The notes under the pieces: model-generated | Databases searched by the model: none | What the model saw: only the letters and a program-made list of their open reading frames with translations | What the model was told of the DNA's origin: nothing | Shown here: positions 39,910-51,539 of the stretch, piece after piece | Position numbering within the stretch: the first letter of the stretch is position 1 | Layout: each line of letters starts with the position of its first letter | Position numbers and translations under genes: made by a program | Assembly: GCA_046075565.1 (NCBI GenBank) | Contig: JBJTQJ010000108.1 | Location: 32,001 to 96,000, forward strand | Origin: Verrucomicrobiales bacterium | GTDB taxonomy: Bacteria > Verrucomicrobiota > Verrucomicrobiia > Verrucomicrobiales > SLCJ01 | Length of the DNA stretch: 64,000 nucleotides | Direction of reading: 5' to 3'

Positions 39910-42900
39910 ATGAAATCCCGTTTGAATAAGCCCAATTTTCGCCGGAAACGCGGTTTCGCGCTCATCGCGGTGTTATCGATTTCGGCTTTAGTCGTTCTCA
40001 CCGTGATGGCGCTGGTTTCGTTATCGGTCAGCCAGTCTCGAATGTTCCGAACCGAGCGCGACCGCGCAGTCGCCCAAGCCAATGCCTCGTTATCTCTGAA
40101 AATCGCTCTCGGCGAATTGCAGGTGCAGCTCGGACCCGACACCCGTGTTTCCGCGACGGGCGACATCATTCCGGGTGCCCAGCAGCGGCATCTGGCCGGA
40201 TCATGGAATTCCTGGAATCTTACCCCTAATCCCACGTCTCCCCCGAACTACCAACAGGAAAAGCAGCAGCGGTTCCGCAAGTGGATGGTCTCCGGTCTAA
40301 CAGAAACAGAGGCACGCGCGCAGAATTTCCCCACCACCGCTCCCTCCACGGGCACCGATGCCGTGCAACTGGTGGGCCGGGGTAGTGTTGGTGAGAGCAC
40401 CGGCTCGGACAAACACCTCTGGGTTAAAAAATCATCTCTACGAGAACCGAAGACCAATGGTCGGGACGCGGGCTCCTCCGCTTACGTCGTGATGGATGAA
40501 GGCGTGAAGGCGCGCATCAATCTTCCGGCCACGGATTTGACCAAGCTCACCCACACGGCCGCCCGCATGGGGGTGGTCGGCAGTCCTTCCCGCAATGCCA
40601 TTGAAAAGGCCAATAGCGCCTTGCAGGATTTTGGCAAAGACACGGCCGCCCGAGCCGCGTTGAAAAATGTCGGGAATCTGGAAAGCTTGGCCCTGACCGG
40701 GAATGGCCCGGCTTCGGCCGTCCAGCCGTTTTCGCACGACCTGACCACCTATTCCGCCGCCGTGCAATCCGATGTCGCGAACGGCGGATTGAAGAGGGAC
40801 CTCAACACCTTGTTCGATCTGAACTCATTGCCCGCGGACTTCCAATCGCGACGTCTCTACAGCAACACGAACACAGCATCAGCGGCAATGCCGGCGACCC
40901 TCCTTGGTCGCTGCTCTTCAACCACAGCCGCTTGAGCCGACAGGTCGGCTCCGTGGCAGGTGCCGATGGCTTCCTGACTTCGGGCACGCTCGCGGGCTTC
41001 AACGCCGGCACCACGAATTTCGCGGGAAATGTGTCGGTGAATGTGAACACCTTGCAGACCGGCCAGCCGATCGCCCCGGTGATCGCGCGCTGCGAGCTGA
41101 TTTTCTCCGCCTTCGTGAAACAAACCCATGGACCTTGGGTGAGCAGCGTGCCCTCTGGTTTCGCGGGCACGAGTTCGGGTTGGAATTACATGGTCCATCT
41201 GGTCTATCAACCGATCATCACCCTCTGGAATCCCTACAATGTGCCCTTGCAACTGGACAACGCCCGGGTTGAAATCGATTCTCCCCCGGTGGGCTTCAAA
41301 TTTTTCCGCACCACCGGCGACCCCGGGCTTACCGGTGCCATCAACACCGCCCACGTTCCGTTGAGCCAACTTTACGTATACTCGAGCCAGCGCCGGACCA
41401 AGCGTTTCCACATGAGTCTCTACAACGAGGTCAGCGGCGACACACCGAGCAACCCCAGCGTGGTCCTGCTTCCGGGTGAAGTGAAGATTTTCTCCCCCTA
41501 CGTTCCTCCAACCGCCGCTTACAACACCGGGGTTCGCCTTGGTGACGGCAGCACCGTCTCCCTTTTCGATTGGCAAAACCTGGAAATCCAGCAGCTTCCG
41601 GCTGTTCCGGGCTGGCGAGGCGCCCAATTCGGCTTCAACATCGACTGGCTCTGCCCGAACCACAATGGCTACTATGCCGGAGGCGGCATCAATGGACCGG
41701 CTGCCCACCGTGGAGTGATTGGTGCCCGTCTCAACGATACCTTCGATATCGAGGTCATGCCGGTGCCACAGGGCAGTGGCAGCGCGACCGTGCAACCCAG
41801 CTACGGGGTGAACCTCGCCACTTCCTCGGGACAAATCCTCTCCCGCCTTGAATTCGATTACGGAGGCAATAGCACCACTCTGGTCAACGCGGTGACGCCG
41901 AGACCCACCACCAGCGGCCCATCTGTTAGCTTTCCATTGCGCATGACGAGTTATACGGAGCCATTGTCCACAGCCAAACATGTGGTCATGACCAGTTCGC
42001 AGCTCCGGAACACGGTCGTTCTGCCCTTCCTCTCGATCAGCGCCCAGGGTAAAACCACCATGGATTCGTCGTTCCCGAATCGCCCGTGGATCCATGGCAA
42101 TCTTGGGAGGCCGATCGTGCGGGTGGACATGACCCGGGAGCATCAGGCATGGCACAGCCACGAGCTGGCCATGCGTCCGATCAACGGATCGAGCGACACC
42201 TCCATTTCCGTGGACTTCGCCAATACCGGACGTTCTTATTTCGTGAGCGGAATCCGCCGCGACACCGGTTCCGAATTCGGCATGACCCGGGAGGCCCCGC
42301 TGATGCCGGTCCAGTCGGTGGCACAACTCGCTCATGCCAACCTTTCCTCCGCCATCGCGCAGTTGCCGAATGTCGATCACGCCGTTGGGCAATCCTTCGC
42401 CCATCCGCTCATCCCGACCAACCGCACATCCCACCGCCCCAGTGGTATGGGTTACGATTTCCTCGATCACAGTTACCTCGCGAACCTGAGCCTTTGGGAC
42501 TCATGGTATGCCTCGACCATCGGCTCTTACAGTGGTCGCGCCTTCACCGGGACGGCCGCGAGGACACCGCAGAAAGTGGCGGAGGATTTCTTCAAAAGCG
42601 GCATTCCCCTGCTGAATCCGCGTTTGACCCCGTGGTTCGGGAACAGCGGTGGACCGGATGAGGCGGTCAGGGCTTTGACAGCGGGCAGTTTGCCACAATC
42701 GGATGCCTACACCAAAGCCGCCGCCTTCCAGATGCTGCTCGGTTCCCTCAATGTCAACAGCACCTCAAAGGAAGCTTGGAAAGCCATCCTCGCCTCCATG
42801 AATGGGGACCCGGCACTCCTGCTGGCGGCCTCCGATGGCAACACCGCAAAATCTTTCGGTTACAACACGACCGCACTTGCCACGACATCGAATTTCTTCT

Positions 42901-43604
42901 CCAAGTTCCGCCTCACGAACAATACCCCCTTGTCCAAGCCGGCTATCGCCGCGCCATTTGCCGGGGATCCCCGCTGGCAGATCCTGCAGGGTGGGCGTGA
43001 ACTCACCGATGCGGAGTTAGACACGCTGGCGGAAAGGATTGTCGCCGAGGTGAAACGCCGGGGGCCATTCCTTTCGATGGCCGAGTTCGTCAACCGCCGC
43101 CTCGGCAGCACCGCCAACACCACCGCCAGCTCACCCACGACACCGGGAGCAGAGGATCAGCTCTACCTCAGCGGGGCACTGCAAAACGCCATCGACGACA
43201 GCGGGATCAATCGCCTTGCTGCAATCAGCCGCTTCGACCGCCAGCTTGTCGCCAACGACATCAGCAATGCCAGATACGCCGCCCCTGCGGCGGGGATTGG
43301 TTCAGCCGGTGCCGGTTCATGCTCGTTGATCGACCAACTCGCGGTGTTGACCAAAGTCGGCTCCTCCCTCGGTGCCCGCTCGGATACTTTCCGCATTCGA
43401 TTCTACGGCGATGTGAAGGACGCCAACAACCGTGTCGTATCGCGCTCCTACGGCGAAGCCGTGGTCCAACGCGTGCCCGATTACGTGGATGGCACCGATG
43501 CCGCCCACGTCGCGCCTGCGGCGCTCGTCTCGGCCGCGAACAAGAACTTTGGCCGCCGGTTCCATGTCGTTTCCATGCGCTGGCTCGCACCCGACGAAAT
43601 CTAA
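39910..43604 (+). CDS. Large PilX-like / Verru_Chthon-cassette-A-like protein (~1230 aa), split by a 1-bp frameshift near 40875
   Basis: RRKRG|FALIA class-III-like leader, ALGELQ..LGPD.R, DEGVKARIN, GGLKRDL and C-terminal RSDTFRIR.YG...FGRRF....RWL..DEI. ORFs 39910..40935 and 40932..43604 join by a -1 shift (…NTNT/SISGNAGDPPW…). Confidence 0.75.
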
Positions 43605-43667
43605 TCCGGTAAAAATTCGTGAGGTAATCCTTGCCTCCCTCGCCGGAAACCGTCCATGGTAACCAGA

Positions 43668-44396
43668 ATGAATCGCCGTCACCTCAACCACATCCTCCTT
43701 GCTCTCGCCCTCGCTCCTTTTGTCGGCGCACAGGAAGATCCGCCATCGCGGGAAATTGCCCTGCGTATCGCTTGCTTCCGGTTTGTCGATGGCGTCAATA
43801 CCGCCAGCTTCCAAGCGGCGGAGGGCCAAGGGTTTTTGGCAATCCCGTTTTTCCAAGGGGGATTCACCTCTCCAAAAAAGATCAAGATCAAGGGGAACTC
43901 CATCGACTTTCTCCAACAAAAACCGGGCGACGACGGCGAAATCACCCTGAAGAAAATCGCGGGCGCGACCATTGCTGAAGACACCCGGGAAGCGAGCATC
44001 CTTCTCCTACCCGCGCCCGCCGGATCGGACCTCGTTTACAACGCCGTGGTCATGCCGGGCGAGAGAGACTTCCCCTTCGGCCATGTCCTCATGATGAATC
44101 TGACCGCCACGGACATGAAAATCGCCATCGGCCAGAAGGTCGTGGAATTGCCCGGCAAGCAGGTAAAGATCACCGATCCCAAACCATCCATCGATGAGTT
44201 CAACATGTATCCCGTGGCCATCGCCTATCAAATGGCGGATTCAACGGAATGGGTGACCATGCATACCACGCGCTGGCAATGGAACGAGCGGGTCCGGCAG
44301 ATCGCCATCGCCTGGTTCGATGACCAAAACCAAAAGCCGGAAGTGAGCACGATGAGGGACATCCAGGAGGTTGTCGCTCCCGCGCCAAATCCTTGA
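43668..44396 (+). CDS. Exported beta-rich hypothetical protein, partner of the PilX-like gene
   Basis: Signal peptide MNRRHLNHILLALALAPFVGA; co-oriented, about 60 bp downstream. Confidence 0.72.
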   Translation: MNRRHLNHILLALALAPFVGAQEDPPSREIALRIACFRFVDGVNTASFQAAEGQGFLAIPFFQGGFTSPKKIKIKGNSIDFLQQKPGDDGEITLKKIAGATIAEDTREASILLLPAPAGSDLVYNAVVMPGERDFPFGHVLMMNLTATDMKIAIGQKVVELPGKQVKITDPKPSIDEFNMYPVAIAYQMADSTEWVTMHTTRWQWNERVRQIAIAWFDDQNQKPEVSTMRDIQEVVAPAPNP

Positions 44397-44425
44397 AGAG
44401 GAAACGGCCCGGTGTAGCTTCCCCC

Positions 44426-46180
44426 ATGACGCGCGAAGCCATCGCAGATATCCTGGAAAAAATCGGCCTGCTCCTCGAAATGCAGGGCGAAAATCCTTTC
44501 AAGATCCGGGCTTATAAACACGGGGCGGAAATCGTGCGATCCCATCCGGAGGATATCCTGGCTCTCGCCCGCGAGGGGAAACTCGAAGGAATCCCCGGAC
44601 TTGGTTCCGCCTTGATCGAAAAGATCGGAACTCTCGTCGCTACCGGGACCCTTCCCTTCTGGGAAAAACTCAAGGCACCCTATCCGGAGACCATCTTCGA
44701 TCTTTTCGAATTGCCCGGCCTCGGACCGAAAAAAATCCGCGTGCTCAACGAGCAACTCAACATCGCGGGACTGGGAGCGCTCAAGGCCGCTTGCGAAGCG
44801 GGCAAAGTCGCCGGTCTCCCCGGATTCGGAGCCAAGACGGAAGAAAAACTGTTGGCCGCGCTCCGTTATGTCGAATCCACCAGCGGGCAAGCCCACCGAG
44901 ATACCGCCACCATCGCGGCGGAGGAGATCCTCGCCTTCCTCAACTCCCTTCCCGATGTTCTGCTCGCCACCACCGCCGGTTCCTTCCGGCGGGGCAAGGA
45001 AACCGTCGGGGATCTGGATTTCCTAACCGCAACCTCGTCACCTTCGGAAGTGACCGCCGCCTTCGCAGCCGCGCCATTCGCCAAGGAAGTGCTGGCCGCC
45101 GGCGAAACCAAGGTTTCCATCCGGCTGGAAAGCGGCTTGCAGGCCGACCTGCGCGCCGTCTCAATGGGCGCCTACCCGTTCGCCCTCCAGTATTTTACCG
45201 GGAGCAAGGAACACAACGTGGCCATCCGCGCCCGCGCCCGCAAACGCGGCTGGTCGCTCAATGAATACGGCCTCACTCCGCTGGAAGAAAATGCCGCACC
45301 TGCGCCCTCGCTGCCTGATGAGGATTCGATCTATCGTTTCCTCGATCTCGATCCTATCCCGCCCGAACTACGGGAAAACTTCGGCGAGATCGAAGCGGCG
45401 GAATACGGCACCTTGCCAAGGCTCATCACCATCGGGGATCTGCGCGGCACGTTCCATAACCACACCACGGCATCGGATGGCACCGCCTCCCTCGAGGAAA
45501 TGGCGGAAGCCGCCATCGAACTCGGCCTCGCCTATCTCGGCATTGGTGACCACTCGAAAGCCGCCGTGCAAGCCAACGGACTCGACGAATCCCGTCTGCG
45601 CGCACAAATGGACGCCATCCGCGAACTGAACAAGCGCTATGAATCGGAAGGCGTTCCTTTACGGCTCTTCGCCGGTTCGGAAGTCGATATCATGAAGGAT
45701 GGGCGGATGGACTTTTCCGACGACCTGCTCGCGGAACTCGATTATGTGGTGGCATCCGTGCACAATGCCTTCACGATTCCCATCGAGGAACAAACCGCCC
45801 GCATCATCGCGGCCATGGAGAATCCTCATGTGGATATGATCGGGCATCTCTCCGGCCGCTTGTTGTTGCGGCGCGAGCCCTACGCCATCGACACCGGCGC
45901 GCTCATCGCGGCGGCAGCGCGCACCGGCACCATCATCGAGCTGAACGCGAATGCATGGCGTCTCGACATGGACTGGCGGCATTGGAAATCGGCCCGCGAT
46001 GCCGGGGTTCTTTGCGCCATCAATCCCGACGCGCATTCCGCCCAAGGACTACAGCATCTTCGCTTCGGAGTCGAGTCCGCCCGGAAAGGCTGGCTGCGCG
46101 CCAGCGATGTGTTGAACACCCGACCGACGGATGTGGTGGCGCAATGGCTAGCTACTCCGAAGGCGAAAAGAAAGCCCTGA
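44426..46180 (+). CDS. polX: DNA polymerase X family with a PHP domain
   Basis: [40 protein letters not shown] motifs HNHT, DHS and NPDAH. Confidence 0.93.
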   Translation: MTREAIADILEKIGLLLEMQGENPFKIRAYKHGAEIVRSHPEDILALAREGKLEGIPGLGSALIEKIGTLVATGTLPFWEKLKAPYPETIFDLFELPGLGPKKIRVLNEQLNIAGLGALKAACEAGKVAGLPGFGAKTEEKLLAALRYVESTSGQAHRDTATIAAEEILAFLNSLPDVLLATTAGSFRRGKETVGDLDFLTATSSPSEVTAAFAAAPFAKEVLAAGETKVSIRLESGLQADLRAVSMGAYPFALQYFTGSKEHNVAIRARARKRGWSLNEYGLTPLEENAAPAPSLPDEDSIYRFLDLDPIPPELRENFGEIEAAEYGTLPRLITIGDLRGTFHNHTTASDGTASLEEMAEAAIELGLAYLGIGDHSKAAVQANGLDESRLRAQMDAIRELNKRYESEGVPLRLFAGSEVDIMKDGRMDFSDDLLAELDYVVASVHNAFTIPIEEQTARIIAAMENPHVDMIGHLSGRLLLRREPYAIDTGALIAAAARTGTIIELNANAWRLDMDWRHWKSARDAGVLCAINPDAHSAQGLQHLRFGVESARKGWLRASDVLNTRPTDVVAQWLATPKAKRKP

Positions 46181-46250
46181 AGAGCCGCCCGATTCTCTTT
46201 CCTGGTGCGGCAATCGTGGTTTGTTTGCATCTCTTTCTCCCATTCCCTTC

Positions 46251-46355
46251 AGGGCAAGAGCGAGACGCTCTTGCTACGATTGGCATCGAAACCCAAGGGG
46301 ATTTCGCCTGCGAGTATCCACTGGAATCGCAGCAAGACCGTCCCGGTCTTGCCTT
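46251..46355. repeat. Inverted REP-like doublet between convergent genes
   Basis: AGGGCAAGAGCGAGACGCTCTTGCTACGATT (46251-46281) and an inverted variant (46325-46355). Each forms a 9-bp stem with a 3-nt loop. Confidence 0.75.
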
Positions 46356-46374
46356 GGGGACCCGATATTGCGTG

Positions 46375-48180
46375 TCACCGCTTTGTTTGACAATTCTCGA
46401 GTAAAACGGGAGGAACCTTCTGGTTGGGATCCGCCTCCGAAGACCCGGAAGGTTGTGCGGGAAAAATGTTTCCATCGATCACTAAACCGGAGGTTGAGGT
46501 CACATGGATGAGTGGCCAGACACAATCCACAAAGCGATTGTTGAGAACCGAAATATCCTTGAGCGCCCCGGCGGGCAGAATCCTGCGATTGCCTCCCCGG
46601 GCATGGATCTGGACGGGCGTCTGCAACGCTCCTTTGATCAAATTGTCTTTGACCACCACATTGGAAGACATGCCGCCTTCCATCCACCAGAATTCCGGAG
46701 AGATCAATACCGAGGCCATTCGGGTGTTGGTGAGACGGTTGCCGCTGACCTCGCCACGGCTGGCCTTGATGAGGATACCGCGTGAACGGTTGTCACCGAA
46801 GTCACATCCCTTGACGGCAAATCCATGGCCGAGGCCAAGCAGACAACAAATCGCCGAACCCGGCGCGAGCGCGACCTCCCGGTCCAAGGTGAGGGTGTGG
46901 AACGTCGCTCTTCCCTCGAGCAGGTCGGAGCGCATGTCCTTGTCCATCTGAAGACGTCGGATAAACGCCACCTCCTGTGGGGAAAAGGGCTCGGGATCCA
47001 ACCGCATATCCACAACTTTGGCATCCGGCGGCCGCGGACCGGCAAACGGAAGGAATTGCAAGGGGTCACCGGGACGGATGCTTGCGAACTTGTCGATCAT
47101 CGCGATGCGGACCTCGCGACCGGAAGCGCCACGCACGAAATGGAAACGCCCGTTGATATTCACCGCATCATCACCCATGAATCGGGCGGTGCAGGAAAGA
47201 ATGGCCGGCCCATTGACCGCATCCTTGCTGTGGAAGGCATCGGCATTGAGAGAACGCATCCGGGGCAACTCCCGTTTGACCGGGTCATCTTCGGGACGCC
47301 GGCGATCCACGATGCAACGCAGATAGGTCGTGCCATCACAACCGCGCTCGAGAAACCCGAAGGAAGGCGCGGCATGGAGAGTGATGTCTTCCAAACGCAC
47401 ACCGCGGCAGCCGCGCAACTCGAAAGCATGCGGTGCCCCGGCTCCGCCGGAGAAGTTTTTGGCCACGAGGATATCTCCGATTTGTTCGCTGTCTTCGGCC
47501 GCATCGAATGTGTATCCAGCGCTCTTGCTCATCCGGTATCGCCGGTTCCCGCGCGGCGTGACTTCTTCATTCCAGTTCGCGTCTCCCCGCCGGAGCACAC
47601 CGGCATCGGGAACGTAAATCTGCAATGGTTCCCGCAGATCATCTTCCGGGTATCCTCCGGCAATCTCAACGTCAAGCCAGCTCTTGTCCGGCGCCATGGC
47701 GACAATCTTCCCCTGACTGAAGGGCAATGGATCATAATCCACCTTGAGCCCGCGGAGAGTTACATTCACGCAATCCACGAAGGAAACCGCCCGTGTGGTG
47801 GAGGTGCAAACCAGTTCCACATTCTCCGCGATGATTTCCACGTCCTTCAGATCCGAAAAGGCCAGATGACCAGTTCTCTCCGCCTTCACCCGATAGCGAC
47901 CGGGTGGGATGACCACACGTTTGTTACCCCTCTGTAACTCCGCGTAGAGAAAAGCACGCAGATCTTCGGGTTGAGCGGGTGTAGTCGGTTCCTGCACCGA
48001 CACAGGAGGAACAGGAGCGCCGCCCTCACCGGAATCGCGGCAACCGAGCAAACTCAAACCGCACACCACGGCAAAGAGGGCGATGTGGGAGCTGGCTCGT
48101 GGACTGCGATGGGCCGGGAGTTTCAAGAGTTCGAAGAAGAATAGGGATTGGTGATGGTTCCTCAAAATGAGGCGTGGCAT
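46375..48180 (-). CDS. Right-handed beta-helix lipoprotein, GH110-like glycosidase
   Basis: Lipobox LLGC; DYDPLPFSQG, NADAFH, GDDAVNI and NRSRGILIKA motifs. Confidence 0.7.
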   Translation of the reverse strand: MPRLILRNHHQSLFFFELLKLPAHRSPRASSHIALFAVVCGLSLLGCRDSGEGGAPVPPVSVQEPTTPAQPEDLRAFLYAELQRGNKRVVIPPGRYRVKAERTGHLAFSDLKDVEIIAENVELVCTSTTRAVSFVDCVNVTLRGLKVDYDPLPFSQGKIVAMAPDKSWLDVEIAGGYPEDDLREPLQIYVPDAGVLRRGDANWNEEVTPRGNRRYRMSKSAGYTFDAAEDSEQIGDILVAKNFSGGAGAPHAFELRGCRGVRLEDITLHAAPSFGFLERGCDGTTYLRCIVDRRRPEDDPVKRELPRMRSLNADAFHSKDAVNGPAILSCTARFMGDDAVNINGRFHFVRGASGREVRIAMIDKFASIRPGDPLQFLPFAGPRPPDAKVVDMRLDPEPFSPQEVAFIRRLQMDKDMRSDLLEGRATFHTLTLDREVALAPGSAICCLLGLGHGFAVKGCDFGDNRSRGILIKASRGEVSGNRLTNTRMASVLISPEFWWMEGGMSSNVVVKDNLIKGALQTPVQIHARGGNRRILPAGALKDISVLNNRFVDCVWPLIHVTSTSGLVIDGNIFPAQPSGSSEADPNQKVPPVLLENCQTKR

Positions 48181-48233
48181 CGGGAGAAAAGCAAACGGCG
48201 TCCAACAAGGTCTTCTTCCATGAGTCCGCGCTT

Positions 48234-49808
48234 TCACTTCGGTTTGCCTGTGTCGTCGAGCGGGCCCGGTTCGTAATCGTTGGGATTGACCCAGCCTGTC
48301 TTGACTTTCTCGCCGCGTTGGTGCCTCTCATACAAGCCGGTTTCCGCGCCCGCGTATGGGTAATTGTCGAAGATGTCGCCTTGGCCGGAGACACGAGGAT
48401 CTTCCTGTTCGCGGAGCTTAGCCAACAGGGTGGTTTCGAGGGCGGCCCGGCGTTCACCATGCCCGGGGGAGGCGGCGAGGTTCGTCAGGCAGTCGGGATC
48501 CTTGCGAATGTCGAACAACTCTTCGGAGGGGCGTTTTCCAAAACAGAGCAGCCAATGGAGATTGCCCGGTTGGGCTCGGTTGGCATTCAGGATCTCCGTC
48601 TTGGTCGCGCCTCCGTCGGTGTTGAGGTAGCCGGTTTCAGGATTGCCCGCCGGCCAGCGGTCGGGGGCGAAATTCCGCGAGTAGAGCCAACCATCCTTCA
48701 GAATACTGCGGATGGGGTAGCCCTGGTCTTTCGGGCGGCCGACGTCGTGGCGTTCCTGGCCGAGGATGAGATGATCGCGGCCGGATTGTATGCCGTCGGT
48801 TTTTCCAGACCTGAAGATATCGGAGAGGCTCTTGCCGGGAGTGGAAGCCATGCCGGATTTCTCCCACGGGATGCCGGCTGCCTCGAGAATCGTGGGGGCG
48901 ATGTCGATGAAACTGATGTAATCCTTGACCACGCGGCCCGAATCCTTGATGCCCTTTTTCCACATCACCGCGAACGGAAGATGGTTGGCTGCCTCGTAGA
49001 GATTCCCCTTCTCGCGCGGAAAGGGTCGCCCGTTGTCGGAAGTGACGATGAGGAGGGTATTCTCGAGTTGTCCGCGTTTCTCAAGTTCAGCGACGATTCT
49101 CCCGAGATGGCGATCCAGGTGTTCCACTTCGAGGGCGTAGTCCAGCATGTCGTTGCGCACGGTATCGTTGTCCGGCCAGTATACCGGAACACGATCGATG
49201 TCGGTCAGTTGCTTGCCGCCTTTGGCCACACCACTGCCGTATTCGTAATCGCGGTGAGGTTCGTGGATACCCATCCAGAAGCACCATGGTCCATCCTTGG
49301 GTGCGGCATCGAGAAAGTCGACGAAGTTCGCGGTGTAGTCGTTCTGATCAATGCCGGTGGTCGGGGCCGGGGCCTTGCGCTTTTGGAAGGGCTGACCGGT
49401 GAGAAGCCGGGGCTTGCCCGCGGCATCACGGGCAATGCCGGGCGCCCAGCCCTTGCCCGTGATGCCGGTGAAGTAGCCGTGCTCGGCCAGCACTTCCGGG
49501 TAAACTTTGAATTCGAGGGGAAAGAAGCCGGCGTGATTGCCCGCTTCTTTCAATTGCCATGGGTTGCGTCCGGTTAGGATGGCAGCCCGGGATGGCGCAC
49601 ATTTCGCATTCGGAGTGTAGGCATTGTCAAAGCGCAAGCCTTGTCCGGCGATTTTGTCAAATGAGGGAGTCGTAATCCACTTGCTGCCGTAAGCCCCGGC
49701 ATCGCCGAAGCCCCAATCATCGGTGATGATGAAGAGGACGTTCGGTCGATCGGCAGCATTGGCAGCACAGGCGGCCGCGATGGCGATCCAAGTGAGAAGG
49801 AATTTCAT
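48234..49808 (-). CDS. Sulfatase (sulfamidase-like)
   Basis: ITDDW, CAPSR, TGKGW, EPHR and SDNG motifs; signal peptide. Confidence 0.9.
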   Translation of the reverse strand: MKFLLTWIAIAAACAANAADRPNVLFIITDDWGFGDAGAYGSKWITTPSFDKIAGQGLRFDNAYTPNAKCAPSRAAILTGRNPWQLKEAGNHAGFFPLEFKVYPEVLAEHGYFTGITGKGWAPGIARDAAGKPRLLTGQPFQKRKAPAPTTGIDQNDYTANFVDFLDAAPKDGPWCFWMGIHEPHRDYEYGSGVAKGGKQLTDIDRVPVYWPDNDTVRNDMLDYALEVEHLDRHLGRIVAELEKRGQLENTLLIVTSDNGRPFPREKGNLYEAANHLPFAVMWKKGIKDSGRVVKDYISFIDIAPTILEAAGIPWEKSGMASTPGKSLSDIFRSGKTDGIQSGRDHLILGQERHDVGRPKDQGYPIRSILKDGWLYSRNFAPDRWPAGNPETGYLNTDGGATKTEILNANRAQPGNLHWLLCFGKRPSEELFDIRKDPDCLTNLAASPGHGERRAALETTLLAKLREQEDPRVSGQGDIFDNYPYAGAETGLYERHQRGEKVKTGWVNPNDYEPGPLDDTGKPK

Positions 49809-49932
49809 GCGTTTGGGAGTGGGCTGCCGGATGATATGCTTCGCTTGTCTACCACTGAGCAGAGTGTTTATACGCTTCAACATAAAGAATCAACGATCGG
49901 ACGCCATTCATCAACCGGCTTTGGCTAAGCAT

Positions 49933-51345
49933 TCACTTCTGGTTTTTCTTGTGGGCCCTCTCTTCAAACGCGGCTTCTTGCTCCGGTGACTTGAAGACCC
50001 GCCACAGCGGTTTGGTTAAAGTGGCCGACCACTCGTCGTGCGCCTTTTGCAGGCGGCCGCGGATTTCGGGAAGCTTTTCCGCGAGGTCAGTGGTTTCGCC
50101 GACATCCCGGGAAAGGTCGAAGAGACGGAACTTGTCCCCTTCTTTGACAAACTTGTGGTCCCCACCGCGGACGGCCCAGATGTCGCGCTCCGCGATCCTC
50201 CAGAAGAGCAGGTCATGAGGGTCCCCGCTCTTCTCGCCGGTCAGAAAAGGCAAGAGATTGACCCCGTCAAGCGCCTGGCTGGCGACGCTGGTTCCACCGG
50301 CAGCGGCGAGGCTCGTAGGCAAGATATCCATGCTGGTGACCGGGCGCTCGTAGGTCTTCCCGGCGGGAAGCACGGTCTTCCACTGGGCGAGGAATGGCAC
50401 GCGGATGCCCCCTTCCCACATTTGCCCCTTGCGGCCCCTCAAGGGAAGGTTGGAGCTGGTTCCGTTTTCGGTAGTGCCGCCGTTGTCGCTCAGGAAGAAG
50501 ACGATGGTATTTTCTTCGAGCCCGTCGTCGCGGAGTTGCCGGAGGATCCGCCCGACGGCATCATCCATGCCCACGATCATGGCGGCATAGGTCCGACGGC
50601 CATCATTCCCGATATGTTTGACTCGTTCCAGCAGTTCGGGTGTGGCCTGCAACGGGGTGTGCGGGGCGTTGAAAGCGGTGTAAAGGAACCACGGCTTTTC
50701 CTTGTGCCGGTGAATGAAGGCGGCGGACTCTTCGCCCAACAAGGTGGTGAGATATCCGGGTGCTGCGGGCTGGGATACTCCATTCTTTTCAAGAACGGTG
50801 TTGTAATGGTTGAGCGGCGGCGTGCTCCGGTAATGTTCGGTAAAGTAGTTGTGGCCACCGCCGATGAAACCGACAAATTCGTCAAAACCACGGCGATTCG
50901 GGTGGAATGGCGGGGCTTCACCGAGGTGCCACTTGCCAACAATGCCGGTGCGATAGCCGGCGGCTTTGAGGTGATCCGCGATGGTTTTTTCGGTGAGGGG
51001 GAGGCCGCGGTGGTCGTTCGGATCCACCGGCCATTCGGGTTCCCAGTTGATATCATGACCAAAACGTGATTGGGAACGTCCGGTGAGCAAACCGGCGCGG
51101 CTCGGCGAGCACATGGCCGAGGAAACATAACCGGAACTGCAGCGAACCCCGTTACGGGCGATGCTGTCGATATGCGGGGTCGGGATGTCCCTGGCACCCT
51201 GAACCCCGAGATCCGCATAGCCGAGATCGTCGGCGAAAAGGATGAGGATGTTGGGCTTCGGAGGCCCGGGATTGGCTTGGACGGGAGGGATGGCGAAAGC
51301 AAGACAAACCGTGAGAATAGCTGAGAGAGTCTTCATACGCGTCAT
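49933..51345 (-). CDS. Sulfatase (arylsulfatase-like S1)
   Basis: ADDLGY, CSPSRAGLLTGR, GKWHLG, NAPHTP and SDNGG motifs. Confidence 0.92.
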   Translation of the reverse strand: MTRMKTLSAILTVCLAFAIPPVQANPGPPKPNILILFADDLGYADLGVQGARDIPTPHIDSIARNGVRCSSGYVSSAMCSPSRAGLLTGRSQSRFGHDINWEPEWPVDPNDHRGLPLTEKTIADHLKAAGYRTGIVGKWHLGEAPPFHPNRRGFDEFVGFIGGGHNYFTEHYRSTPPLNHYNTVLEKNGVSQPAAPGYLTTLLGEESAAFIHRHKEKPWFLYTAFNAPHTPLQATPELLERVKHIGNDGRRTYAAMIVGMDDAVGRILRQLRDDGLEENTIVFFLSDNGGTTENGTSSNLPLRGRKGQMWEGGIRVPFLAQWKTVLPAGKTYERPVTSMDILPTSLAAAGGTSVASQALDGVNLLPFLTGEKSGDPHDLLFWRIAERDIWAVRGGDHKFVKEGDKFRLFDLSRDVGETTDLAEKLPEIRGRLQKAHDEWSATLTKPLWRVFKSPEQEAAFEERAHKKNQK

Positions 51346-51539
51346 GGCTGCTGGTGGAGTTTATCAATCAAAAGAGCGGCGGACGCCAATCCCGGGATAT
51401 CCTTGGGGTGATCATGTGTGATACGAAGCTCAATCCGTTGACCTTCCATGGACATGGGCAAACCGGAATTCGCCTCGCTTTTTTCCGCATGGAGCCGCTT
51501 CTCGAGAACCTGAAGCAAAGGCCTGCGGGCAAGGGCCAT
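51342..51539 (-). CDS. Possible 65-aa coupled ORF or gene remnant
   Basis: Starts immediately after the GH110 stop (TGA-ATG) and ends in an ATGA overlap with the sulfatase. Confidence 0.3.
   Translation of the reverse strand: MALARRPLLQVLEKRLHAEKSEANSGLPMSMEGQRIELRITHDHPKDIPGLASAALLIDKLHQQP

Noticed and set aside
40857-42470. 537-aa minus-strand ORF
   Set aside because: Antisense shadow of the PilX-like gene, with no recognisable motifs.
48174-49577. 467-aa plus-strand ORF (similarly 54359..55591 and 11534..12697)
   Set aside because: Antisense to the sulfatase or XylR genes; no independent evidence of coding.
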